This document shows positions 48,656 to 60,469 of a stretch of 64,000 bases of DNA, in pieces. Numbering within the stretch: the stretch's first letter is position 1; each line of letters opens with the position of its first letter. The translations under genes were made by a program, and so were the position numbers. This stretch comes from Utricularia gibba (lineage: Eukaryota; Plantae; Magnoliophyta): assembly GCA_002189035.1 (NCBI GenBank), contig NEEC01000009.1, positions 2,480,001 to 2,544,000 of the forward strand. Direction: 5' to 3'. The notes under the pieces are model-generated. The model did not search any database. It saw nothing but the letters and a program-made list of their open reading frames with translations, and was not told the origin of the DNA.

Positions 48656-49660
48656 ATCATCCAGCCTCCTTCTCCCCCCTTTTTCCCCCCTCTGTATAAA
48701 ATTCTGCTTCAAGAGAAATGAAGCCGCATAGTGTTCTCATCAAATTTCGTCCCCAATGTTTTTCCAAGCCCTAATTTCTTCCCGATCCAGAGTCCAGACA
48801 GACGCGTCGAATCGAAATCTCCCAAAACTTATCCATTCCCGAGACGAGAAGAATACGGATCCCCAATTTCATTTTTTATTATTTGAAAATTAGATAGATT
48901 CGGGTTAACCCGCAAAAGCCCCCGTTAACCCGGTCCTAGGATAATACGAATCGAGACGAATTAAAAAGTAGATTATTAACGATAAATGAATATCTAGAAG
49001 GGAATGGAGTGGAAACACAATTATCTGAAATTATTTTTGTAAAAGAAATTAAAATATCCTTGGAGCGGAAGGGTATTGTTGTACTTTCAGGCATATCTAG
49101 AAGGGAATATTCCGAACTTGGTGGGGGGTTTTTGTTTTGATTAGGTTAACCCGGCCGCCACGTTCGACCCGGGACCGCATCTTGAAAATTCAACCCGACA
49201 AATGATGTGTATACTCTATGTCCTAAACATCCTTTAAACTGCCATTTGGAAAATAGAGTTCCTGATTTTTTGATATTTTTTATTAATTAAAAACATTTAA
49301 ATAATATTTTTGATTAAAATAAAATGGAAAACGCATTTTTGAAGATATGAAAATGAAAATAGAAATATCGTGGAAAGTAATAATGTGTGGGGCCCAGTTC
49401 ACATCCAAGCACAGCCACTCGTTGAATGGAAGATTCTTCGGGAACAATCCATTTCCATGGTCGCCAACTCCGCTTCGCTTGGTTGCAACAAAAAACCAGT
49501 AGCTGGATTGAGATCCGCCCCCGGGATTCACCGCCCCCAGTTACCCTTTACCGGGTGAATTTCTGGATGTATATATATGGAGATTACCCCATTCCTCATC
49601 AACGGAAGGAAAGAAGAAGCGACGGGAAGAATCTGAGTTCTCATTTGCCTGCGGGAAAGA

Positions 49661-49950
49661 ATGATTGGAGGTGGGGGCAGCGGATCACGGTGGCGGCGGG
49701 CATCGCGGCGGTGGAGGCGATGAAGGATCAGCTGGGGATTTGCCGCTGGAATTATTCTTTGAATCGTTCCAAGCAATTTGTGGCTAGAGAGATTGCTGCT
49801 TACCGGGCGTCGGCTAAAATGTCGTCGGCTGATGCGGCAGAGGGCGAGTCCGGCGCCGTCGTCGTGGACGAGGGATCCCGGAATATGGAAGGTACTATTG
49901 GGAAAGTTATGGAGCTGAGCTGCTGGGGTCCTACCACCGTCAGATTCTGA
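49661..49950 (+). CDS. Wound-induced protein (DUF3774), copy 3; apparent -1 frameshift at 49673-49677
   Basis: AAVEAMKDQLGICRWNY...VMELSCWGPTTVRF*. The ATG at 49661 is in frame only with a sixth G (MIGGGGQRITVAAG). The alternative in-frame ATG lies inside the TATA box at about 49568. Confidence 0.88.
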
Positions 49951-51257
49951 TCTCCGAGTGGTTTCCATTACTTCTAGTAGTACTTCAAATGCGGTGTTGT
50001 GTGGCAGCTGTAATCCAAGTTTGTGAATTGGGAAAATGTATACAGTGTACTGCCCTGACGTCATGAACCAGGCCTGCAATCGGCCTCAAAAAGGGTTGAT
50101 GTAATCGGATTCCTATGGATTTTATACAAGAAAAGGAGAAGGCTTTTATTATGAATCCTCTCAATTCAAGATTTCCCTCTTGAGTTCTCTTCTTAATGCA
50201 AAGGCCTTGAAAAACTGGATCTCGGCTGGCGCTGCTGTGGAGGCGGGAGAAACAGGCTGCTCGCCGGAGGGTCGAGGCTCCGAGGAGTCGTCTGTACAAA
50301 TGAAACTCCGGTGGGTTCATGTCGGCTTTGCTGAACTGCAACGAACTGGGCTTGCTGTAATGACCCTGACCCACCTTTTCTGCCTGCCGGGCAAGCATTA
50401 CATTTGCTAATTCAAAGAGAGCCATTTTCAAACCGTTCACTGTTTTGAAAAGAAGCCCTTTGTCAGAGAGGAAAAATGAAGTTCATTTCCTCATAGGGTA
50501 GTCCCAGAAGGAGCAGATGAAGTAGCTGATTCGCTGCCTACAGCCGGTCTGATTCCATTGCCGGAAACGTTACCCCATGAGGCACCATTCCTGGAGCACA
50601 AATGCAGCAGTGTAGATGTTGGAAAAATTAAATATGGTCATTACTTTCACCTGCAGTTGGAAATGTTACCCTGATAACTGGTTTAAAGATGCAGTAGCAG
50701 GAGCAGCCTGATTTTTGAGGTAGAAAGCACAATAAGGAACATAACCAGGACATTTCTCATTGTTGGCACAACAAAATTATTCATATATTCTGAAAGAAGT
50801 CAAGAAACCAGAAGCTATACTCCACGTTGCCACTAAACTGAAAATCAACACACCCGCCTCAGACCACACAATTAACCATACATTCAAGTCAAACTTCTTA
50901 ATGGCATAGAATATCTTCACTGATCACGGAAGTACATTTCATCCACAACTGTGGTCAAAATGGTGGAAATGGAGAAATTGGGGCAACAAGAAAATATACT
51001 AACATACCTGTACTGAGCCTTTAGGAGCCTCTGCCACGCTGATGAATATCTCTTCCTATCATATGAATTTCCAAATTTTAATGTCTGTGAATGACCACAT
51101 CGTTCGTCCTGAACTGGGCTTTCCCAGGCCCCGCGTGTGTCAACAACTGGCCCATTAACAAGCAACGCCGCAGACAGGGGCTTTAGACGAAATCGGAAAA
51201 CTGTGAAGCCGGGGGAATGGAATTAGCAAGATTCTTCGGATACTCGCCCCGAGGAAA

Positions 51258-51653
51258 ATGAACCCGGAACCTTCGAATTTGCCGACGCCGGCGGGGACTG
51301 GGCTAGATTCGAAGTGGAAGCAGATGGGCAATTTCGAAAAAGCAACAGTCATCGAGGAGGAAATGAGGAGGGTTCAGCTGCTGCCGCCGAACAGTAAATA
51401 CGCTTCCCATCGCCTGCGGATGCTGCAGAAAATGCGGCAGCTCCTCAGTATTCAGGTTTGCTCCTTGTCATATCCTTCAGATGAAGAAACCCCATTTTTT
51501 TTAATCCTGGGGAAGTGATGCTCGAAACTGGATCATCCTCGTTGCTTCTTCAGTCTATATTGATGCGCTTGCAACTTCTTTTTTTCTGGGTTACAGAGGA
51601 CCGCATCGCAGGAGGAGGAACTGGAGTTGCTTTTCTCTGGTCTTCACCTCTAG
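51258..51653 (+). CDS. Small uncharacterised plant protein, 84 aa (2 exons)
   Basis: join(51258..51455,51597..51653) with a GT-AG intron gives EEEMRRVQLLPPNSKYASHRLRMLQKMRQLLSIQ|RTASQEEELELLFSGLHL*, a pattern I recall from a conserved plant hypothetical family. Confidence 0.8.
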
Positions 51654-51883
51654 CTCAAACCTGGTGAATTCCTCTAAAAGCGATGCTGGAGATGCATTTC
51701 TGATGGCTTTACTCTATATGCATCTTTGCTCACAAGCTTGTGCTAGGTTTCTCACGCATGCTTAGAGCACTTTGTGTATTTTCCAAGTCATCCAAGTAGA
51801 TACTTTCAGAGTTCACTTCACAGGTCAGAACAAAACACATGACTCAACTGATGACATGAAGTTAGCGCTTAGAGCTGAGTAAC

Positions 51884-54196
51884 TCAAAGAGAAGGAAGCC
51901 AATCAAGTGTTTGACCAGCAAACATAGGAACGATATCTCCCCCTTCGAAAGAGAAAGAATGAGGTACATTCCATGGAGTTTTCACTAAGTGTATCTTGCT
52001 GGTGTTGCGCGGAAGGCCATAGAAATCTGGACCGTTGAAGCTGGTAAACGCCTCTAGCTTGTCAAGTGCACCTGCCTGGAAAACACCTCAATGCGTTTTA
52101 TGGAATGTCTTGATTTTGGAATTGAGTAAAGACAAGTGTGGAGGGGCACAGTCGGAGTATATTCACCTCTTCAAAAACCTTGGCATACACTGAAAGGGCC
52201 ACAGGAGAGTTGTAGATCCCAGCACAACCACAAGGGCACTCCTTTCTTCTTCTTTCATGTGGTGCGCTGTCGGTCCCAAGAAAAAATCTTTTGCTTCCGC
52301 TGGTCACAGCTGATACAACTGCTTGCCCTGCAGAATCAAAGCCAATGCACAAGCTAAAGTGGCTTGAGCGCGAGGTGTATTTTTCAATGCTTCTGACTAA
52401 AAGCTCAAAATCCATACGATGAATTTCTCTTTTGAGTACCGGTAGACAGTAGTTGTGAGGCTGCAAGCCTCCCAAGAATAGGGAATTCCTGTTAAAAACT
52501 AGATGTTGTGGCGTTACAGTTGCAGCAACAAAACCTAGGCAATGAAACAACATCCATCACAACGAAGACAACAAATTCTTGGACTCAATGTGTTGCAAGA
52601 ATGACTTGCCTTCTTGACAAGACTCCACAAAGTTAACAGCATCAGATGTAGTAATGTGCTCCATGACTACCTTCAACTGTGGTAACTTTTGAACTAATGG
52701 GCCAAGAACTGTTTGAATAAACACCTTTTCCCGGTCAAACATGTCGACATCAGGACTTGTCACCTCTCCATGGACCTGCCATTCACTTGACTAAGTATAA
52801 GTGCAGTACATGACATAGCTTAGCAGAGCTGATTTACTATGTAAATGACGACCCCTAATGAAGAAAGCTTTTGGGTGTCAAATGAAGCGTTCAAAATGTA
52901 GAAGATGACAATCCTGGGCTAGAACGCACCAACAATGGCATGTTCTGTTCAACCATTTCCTCAAGAACTGGTAAGCACTTCCCAAATAAATCTGTCACGC
53001 CGTCATCTGAATTCGTTGTGGCACCAGCAGGATACAACTTCACTCCAAACACAACTCCGCTCTCCCCTGCAATGGAATCCAGTTGTATGAAATATTAATC
53101 AGATAAGGAACAGACATACAAACAACATGATTGATAAGAAAAGCGTAGCTACGAAGAGATGAAAGTTGCTTAACATCATAATGGAACTCGTACAAACAAT
53201 AAAAGAAGCCTCGAGTCCAAGCACAATGTGGTTTCAAACGGTATGCATCAATGAAAAAACTCAGACGGGCAGTAAACAGAAAAATTTATGGCCCATGTTA
53301 CATGTGTCAAAACTAGCACTGACTTGCAAGCCTGATCTCATTAGGACTCATAGCGTCGGTCAAATAAAGAGTCATCAGTGGCGTGAAATCACAGCCCTTA
53401 GACAGAGCACTCTTAATCGCTTTGTGGTAGGCCACAGCTGCTGTGGTAGTGGTGATGGGAGGTTTCAAATTAGGCATAATTATGGCTCTTCCAAAGTGCT
53501 GCGAGCTGCACGTAGGAAAGGATAAAGTTTGAAAAAGTGGATTTAACAAGGAGTGCAAAAATAATCCAGTCAAACTCAATAGCATATACAAGTCTCGCAG
53601 ACTCAACCTGTGGTGCACAACAGCTTCAAGAAGTTCTCCATCACGAAGATGGAGATGCCAATCATCAGGACGGGTGATAGAAAGCTCCATATAACTTGAT
53701 GCAATTTTCCAACTTGAGCGTCTACCTTTCACAACATGAACGGGAAATAGCTGCCAGATAACATAAAAAAGCTTCTAAAGGTAAATCAATATGGTAGAAA
53801 ATCTTCAATATATGATAACATAGATTTACGAGAAAGAAACAGAGCAATAACTCTCAAACTAAAAAAAAACTTCCAAAAGCATTTACGAATACCACATGTA
53901 AATAGGAACACATTCGATATGAGTGCACATTTTTGTACGAATAAAAAAAAAAGAATCTTTAAGTTGATGCATAAAAAAGAGCGCAGTGAACCGAAATTGG
54001 AAATCATGTTTTCACACAATTGTCCTATCATATCATGCACACCCTTCACCACAGCAAACACAAAATGCAGAATTAAAAACTCAAACTTGAAGACACTTAT
54101 ATAGATGTGAATCCATTAAAATCAAGAAAATACCTTTGTCCTCTGCTGGTAAAAACGTGGCGTTATAAAAACAACGCTTCCCAATGCACCGTTCAT
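51884..54196 (-). CDS. PYR4: Dihydroorotase (type II), multi-exon; start codon uncertain
   Basis: [48 protein letters not shown] and [15 protein letters not shown], ending [18 protein letters not shown] first exon at 54134-54196 joins in phase 0. Confidence 0.93.
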
Positions 54197-56030
54197 GTGA
54201 GTGGGTTTGAGAAGCAGCTGTGCAAAAGTTGCATAGTATTTTCAGTGCCATAAACAACAACAGTCAAAAGAACCAAAACACACTATAGGATGACACCATA
54301 TAAGTCTACATTCTCCGACACACTTAATATAAAATGTGCATCTTTTTTCCCACCAACTTCACTCTACCAACCCGCATATCACATTACACGAAATTAAAGC
54401 ATCCCAAATTCAGCCGAAAGGCCACTTCTAAAGAGGAAAAGGCATACATTGATTCTCACGGAATTATCCCATTCCCTACCAAAACACTTAGAGAATGCAA
54501 AAAAAAAAAAAACAAAAGAAATGAATCAGAAAGAACGTAGGAAAGAAAGAATTGAGTTCCATCAAACGGCGTAAACCATCCGCCAAATGAATGAGATTCA
54601 TCAGTTTTATCCTCCAAATCATAAACGAATTTCGGAAGTTTGATCTTCTGCATATACTGGCAGGTTTGAATCCATGATTTTCATTGATTGAATTGAAAAA
54701 AAAAAGGCATTCTCCTATCAAAATATGATCGCATTGTCTTCATGCTAATTTCATAAACAGCCGTAGCCAGAAACCGTCATTAACGAGAAAAATAAACCCT
54801 AACCCTCTTTCCCAATTTTACGTTTACGAGCAAGAAAATGTCACCTTAATATGCACCCATCAAACCAAATGGGCTACAGTCGCCGGACACTGCACCAAAG
54901 AAGGATACATTTGACGGAATGAGCCCAAGCACAATGACATGACCGATTTGAAACACGACACGTCTTGCCAGGACACAAACATTCAAAAGAACCAACTGCG
55001 GCGGAGTTCAAAATCTGAAGCAAGTAAAAACAAAAAAAATCCCAACAGCAAGAAAATGAGTTCTCAAAATTGGCCTTTTCGGGTATGCCGAAAGAAAGCT
55101 TCAACGTTCACAAAAACCGTTTTTAACCAGAAAAGGCTTGACACCAAATACGAAGAAGAAGGTCGATTTAGAGAACCCCCAGACGCCAGCAAGAACTTGT
55201 TGGGCTCAGCTAAGTAGTTCGTATTGGGCCAGAATTACCTAGCTGAGACCCAAGTCAAGCTGATCCAAGACAGCAAGGTCCAAGTCAAACTACATGTTCT
55301 CAACTAACCGGAAATGGAGGGAGAAGAAACTGTAATAGACCCATGACCACGAAGGGGAGGGAGATGAGACAGCAGGGTTCTAGTTTTTTTGTTAAATCAC
55401 CGTTACGTAGGTGAAGCGGAGGAGAGCTTTGGTTTTCTCTTCTAGATTGCACATTGAAGAGCAACTAGATAGGGTTTTCTTCTTGCTGATCATATCTTGT
55501 ATTGTGTATACAACACCTCTTTTAGTGGATTCCCGTAGTTCGGGGGTGTGGCCCGAACCCAGGTTTTTCCCTTTACCGGTTTCCTGGCTAAAAAGGTTCT
55601 GGTGCATTTGTGTGATTCTGCATACACGAAACTGCACAAATCCCTACAGAACTTCTACCAGCTACGGCTGAGGCGTGTTTTTCTCGGGCCGGGTGGAGCT
55701 TATGAACTGACCCTACCCGCCTTCACACCCACTTTAGATATTAGGCGAAATATTCCAAAAATAAGGAAAATTGAGCTTCCAATGTAGTATATATTTGATC
55801 CAACACCACCATTTTCATATAATATATTAAAATTAGTATAGCCGATCATTATATTAAAAATGTAGTTTTTAACGATCATTATAACGTTTCGACTAAATTC
55901 AAATTCCTTTAAATAGAAAAAAAAAAATAGAATAGCCGAATGACAATTTGAATTCGAATCATTCCATCAAAATCATGAGCATGTTAACACAAGTACCGCG
56001 GTTACAATTTAACTCTATTATTATATAAAA

Positions 56031-56065
56031 CCCTAAACCCTAAAACCTAAACCCTAAACCCTAAA
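56031..56065 (+). repeat. Interstitial telomere-type repeat (CCCTAAA)x5 with one ACCTAAA variant
   Basis: CCCTAAA CCCTAAA ACCTAAA CCCTAAA CCCTAAA, directly after TTATATAAAA. Confidence 0.9.
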
Positions 56066-56909
56066 ATTACATAACACTCCACCTCCACCTCAGAATAAGA
56101 AGAGTAGGTGAAATGAAACATGACCACTTGGTTCATCAAACCGCAAGCGTCAGCTACCACCACCAAACACCCTCGCCCAGCCGCGTAAAATTGATATTCT
56201 TATTTTTTATTATATGATATTTAGAATAAGGGATGATGGTTTAACAATAACATATTACAATCATGGCCATAGGTTCGAAAAAATAGTTCGAGTAACCATT
56301 CATTTTAATACGTACTTTTTTTTTACTTCTGAAGTTTTTAATAATATAACATCACAACATTATTACCATTTAATTCGTGATTTATGTTATATTTTTTTTA
56401 TAAAAATAGGAGTGAATTAGTAATGGTATTTAAATATAAATTTTAGTGGCAAAAAGGTATGACCGGAAGCTACACCTGCCTTGGCTGTGGCGGATTTCAG
56501 GCTACGTAGCGCATCTGCACACCGTCCACGTGGCACAATATGGAAGAAGAGCTATTGCCCACCACCTGAGCTGGACGTACGACATAACCCAGGAGAAAGG
56601 AAGCAAGAGCAAACCGTGGGGCCCAACTCTCGGAAAATGCGACGTGACACTGCGGTTCCCATACACCTTTCAAATTAAAGGTTCAAACATAATAAATATT
56701 AATCACATTATAACATATTACCGTTAATTAATTATTATTTATTCATAATCTTTTATACAATCAATTATTTAAAATTTATTTTTCTGTGTAATTTTTTATT
56801 CTAATAAAATGAAATTTTGCATTAGTTGAGGATAGGGTAGTAGTTTGGGAAAAGTCTGAAGCTATTTATGTGGGTCTCCTGCTGGAAACCTACCACTGAA
56901 CTGGTGAAC

Positions 56910-58643
56910 ATGGAGTTCCTCTCCGGTGTGGCGATTGGAGCAGTTCTTCTTGTGGCTTTTTTGGTGTACTCTAACCGGCGGAGGGGGTCAAAAGGGCTCA
57001 AGAAGACGCCGCCGCCGCAAGCTGGTGGTGCCCGGCCCTTCATTGGCCATCTACATCTCATGAGCGGCACCGCCCATGAGAAGCTTCCGCACTTCCGATT
57101 AGCGACTGTGGCTGAAAAGCACGGCCCCATATTCACCATTCGTATTGGGGTGCACCCGGCGCTGGTTATTAGCAACTGGAAGCTAGCGAAAGAGGTGTTC
57201 GTAGCGAACGACCTCGCAGTTCTCTCTCGGCCGCCGCTGATAGCCGCGGAGCATTTGGGATATAACTCGGCGATGTTTGCGTTTGCTTCCTATGGCCCTT
57301 ATTGGCGGGAAGTCCGGAAGCTTATTACCGTTGAGCTTCTCTCCAGCAAGAAAATGGAGATGCTTAAGCATATCAGAGTAGATGAAATAAATCAGTGTAG
57401 TAGGGAGCTTTATCAGCAGTGGGAGAAGGCAAAAGATTCCTCCGGGAGAGTGTCGGTGGACCTCAAGCGGTGGCTCGGAGATCTGAATCTCAATGTTCAG
57501 GTTAGGATGTAACTTGTGTGTGGAGGGCACAGCCCCCCCCCCCCCCCCTGACTTGGTGTTTTCCAGCTTGGTAACATCGGCCGGCTTGTGTTTGCAGGTT
57601 AGGATGGTGGCCGGAAAAAGATACTTTGGGAAGGGCGAGGATAAGAAGGCGGCCAAGTGTCAGAAAATACTTGAAAACTTTTTCTTTTTGCTGGGAACCT
57701 TTACACCGGCGGACGCCTTGCCGTATCTCCGGGTGGCTGGACTTAGGCGGTTTTGAAAGGAGAATGAAAGAATGTGGGAAAGAGATGGATTCACTCGCCG
57801 GAGAGTGGCTGCAGGAGCACCGACAGGAGCACTCCGGCGACCGAAAACAACAAGATTTCTTGCATATGATGATAGATTTATTGAACAATAACGATAAACG
57901 TCAGGAGTTTGATGCTGATACCATAATCAAATCCACATGTTTGGTAAGCTCTGTTCAAGAGCATCACGTTACACTGCAGATCTTTTGGCATGATGATTTC
58001 ATTAGTGCGCTATCAATTGCAGGGCTTGATTGCTGGCGGTAGCGACAGCCCAACAGTGATGCTGACGTGGATACTCTCGATGCTTCTCAACCACCGCCGC
58101 GTTCTGAAGAAACTTCAGGAAGAACTCGACAACGTCATCGGGAAACACCGAAGAGTCGAGGAATCCGATATCCCTCAACTAGAGTACCTAAACGCCGTCA
58201 TCAAGGAAACATTCCGACTATACCCTCCCGGCCCGCTGGGTGGCCAACGCGTATTCACTGAGGACTGTAAAATTGGCGGATTCCACATCCCCAAAGGCAC
58301 AAGACTGATAGTGAATTTATGGAAATTGCAACGAGACCCTGAAGTTTGGTCGGAGCCATTGGAGTTCAAACCAGAGAGATTCTTGACGACCCACAAAGAC
58401 ATCGACGTGAAGGGCCAGGATTTCGTGCTGACCCCCTTCGGCTCCGGCCGCCGGAGCTGCCCGGCAATCAACTTCGGGCTCCTAATGGTTCAACTTATCT
58501 TGGCTAATTTCTTGCAGGCCTTCGATGTCTGGAACGCCGGCGATGAATTGGTGGACATGACTGAAAGTGCAGGGCTCATCAACGCGAAAGCTACTCCTCT
58601 GGATGTCCTCCTTGCTCCACGACTCTCTTCTGATCTCTATTGA
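56910..58643 (+). CDS. CYP82: Cytochrome P450, CYP82 family (3 exons; apparent +1 frameshift at 57729-57733)
   Basis: PPQAGGARPFIGHLHL, YGPYWREVRK, AGGSDS I-helix, ETFRLYP, KPERF and heme motif FGSGRRSCP. Exons 56910-57500, 57598-57943 and 58023-58643. Confidence 0.9.
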
Positions 58644-58941
58644 AAAACACTTGCTCAGGCAGGATTTAGATCTTTCATCTTTGTGCTAGCATGTATCCGA
58701 TTTTCAAATAAGGAATTTAAACATCAAACATTAGAGATGGTTCGATTCGATGGGTTACCGATCATCATAAAAAATTGGAACTTGGTAGATGGTAGAGTAA
58801 CGATTCCGACGCAAAATCGAGTGCCCATCTCCAATCAAACATATTAACTATGGTCAAGTGCACTGTTACAGGTCGTTGGTAACTCCCAATTGACTGCTGC
58901 TCTTTTAACTCGATCAAATGCTGTTGTGTATCGTCAATCCG

Positions 58942-59749
58942 ATGGGAATTCTGCAAATGGATGACCCTGCGTCACTGGGCTTGCGGTTCCTGGTTTTGAT
59001 GGGGTTGGTTTGCTGGGTTAATGGGCGTACATTTTACGTCGGAGACGATGCCGGGTGGACGCCGAATTCCTGCCGGAGTTACGATTCATGGGCTGCGAGT
59101 CATCGTATCCGAATCAACGATGATCTTGGTAATGTGATCGATTCTTTGGTTTTTTTTATTCATTTAACGTAAGAGGAATAGTGCTTTTGCAGTTTTCAGG
59201 TATCCGAAAGGCGGTGATTCTATGCTGGTTACGAACGGAGACGACTACGCAAGATGCAATAGGGATAATCCGATCATGATTTCAAGAAACGGGGACTCCA
59301 GATTCAAGATCAGGAGATCTGGGAAGTATTATTTTATTAGTGGGCATGATCAGAACTGTGAGAAAGGGCAGAAATTTGTTCTTGTTGTGCCGCCCGATGC
59401 ACCCCTACAGCCGCCTTCTCAGGGCGGCTGTAGCTCCCCGTCCCCAGTTTCCCACGCGCCAACATATAGTTCCCCATCACCGCCTCCGGAGCCGACTGCA
59501 TCGCCCCATTTTCCTCCTACCCTGATCGCATCCCCGGCGGGAAACTCACACCCAATTTCCCCTGCTTCATCTCCGGCAACGCTTCCGGTTCAACCACCGT
59601 CTTTATCGCCGGAGGGGCCATATCACCACAGGCCACTGCCGCCGCTTTCATTTACACCACCGCAATCTTCAGCTCCATCCGACCACCGCATCCTCGCAGC
59701 AGTGGGACTCAGCGTTATTCTTTCAGTTATTTCCGTGTATTTATCATAA
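58942..59749 (+). CDS. Early nodulin-like phytocyanin (ENODL) with Pro/Ser-rich AGP-like region and probable GPI signal (2 exons; alternative start 58957)
   Basis: FYVGDDAGW...DDL|VFRYPKG (intron 59129-59192), YYFISGHDQNCEKGQK, P/S-rich linker and hydrophobic C-terminus. Confidence 0.88.
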
Positions 59750-59879
59750 GATTTCATAAATTCGAAATAAATACATTAATTTTTTAAAAAATTAATGTTT
59801 TTATTTAATTAAAGAAATTGAGGGTCAAATGTAAAAAAAAAGAAAGGGGAAAAATAATACGGGTTGCGGGCGGCGGGGG

Positions 59880-59893
59880 TGACACGTGGCGTC
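59880..59893. promoter_or_regulatory. G-box/ABRE-containing element TGACACGTGGCGTC (downstream of the ERF)
   Basis: Contains CACGTG and ACGTGGC; identical to 61761-61774. Confidence 0.45.
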
Positions 59894-60469
59894 GGCCACA
59901 ACGCCGACATGTGCCCCGCCGCTGCGGTAAGCGTGGTTCTGGCTTTCTCACCCGGGGCCCACGGGTGACCTCTTTAATGAAATAATTTATTATCCGCACC
60001 GCCGGCGGCCCCCACCGCCTGCCGCTCCCCCGCGGGTATCCTTTTCCCTCTGACCGGTTCGCACCTCCTAGTGAACCGGTCAATGAAAAAACAGATGCAC
60101 CATTTATTCCCCGTTCCGTCACCATTTAATTTTGCCCCTATCCTGAATTTCAACCTAATTTCGATCATGTTTTTCTAAAGCATTTATAATATATTTTTAT
60201 TGGGAAAATAACAAAAATTGCACTCAACAGTTTGATCATCAGACGCACGAACAGCGATGAGGATCTGCGGTGTCTTCAATGGATAGTTTCGAGAAATGGG
60301 ATGATGCACAGATGCAGACGACGGCAGCCATTAAGGAAAACAGACAAGGAAAGGTTACCCTAAATGCAGATCTGAGTGAGTTACTGTAAACTACATCACG
60401 AAGAGGAAGATGGGGTGTGTTCCTCTGCATCGGACATTCAGAACAGACTCAAAAAAATTGGATCTTTAT

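Noticed and set aside
51939-51943. G5 run in the last dihydroorotase exon suspected as another frameshift
   Set aside because: Re-reading gives GAA GGG GGA GAT ATC GTT, which is in frame to the natural stop.
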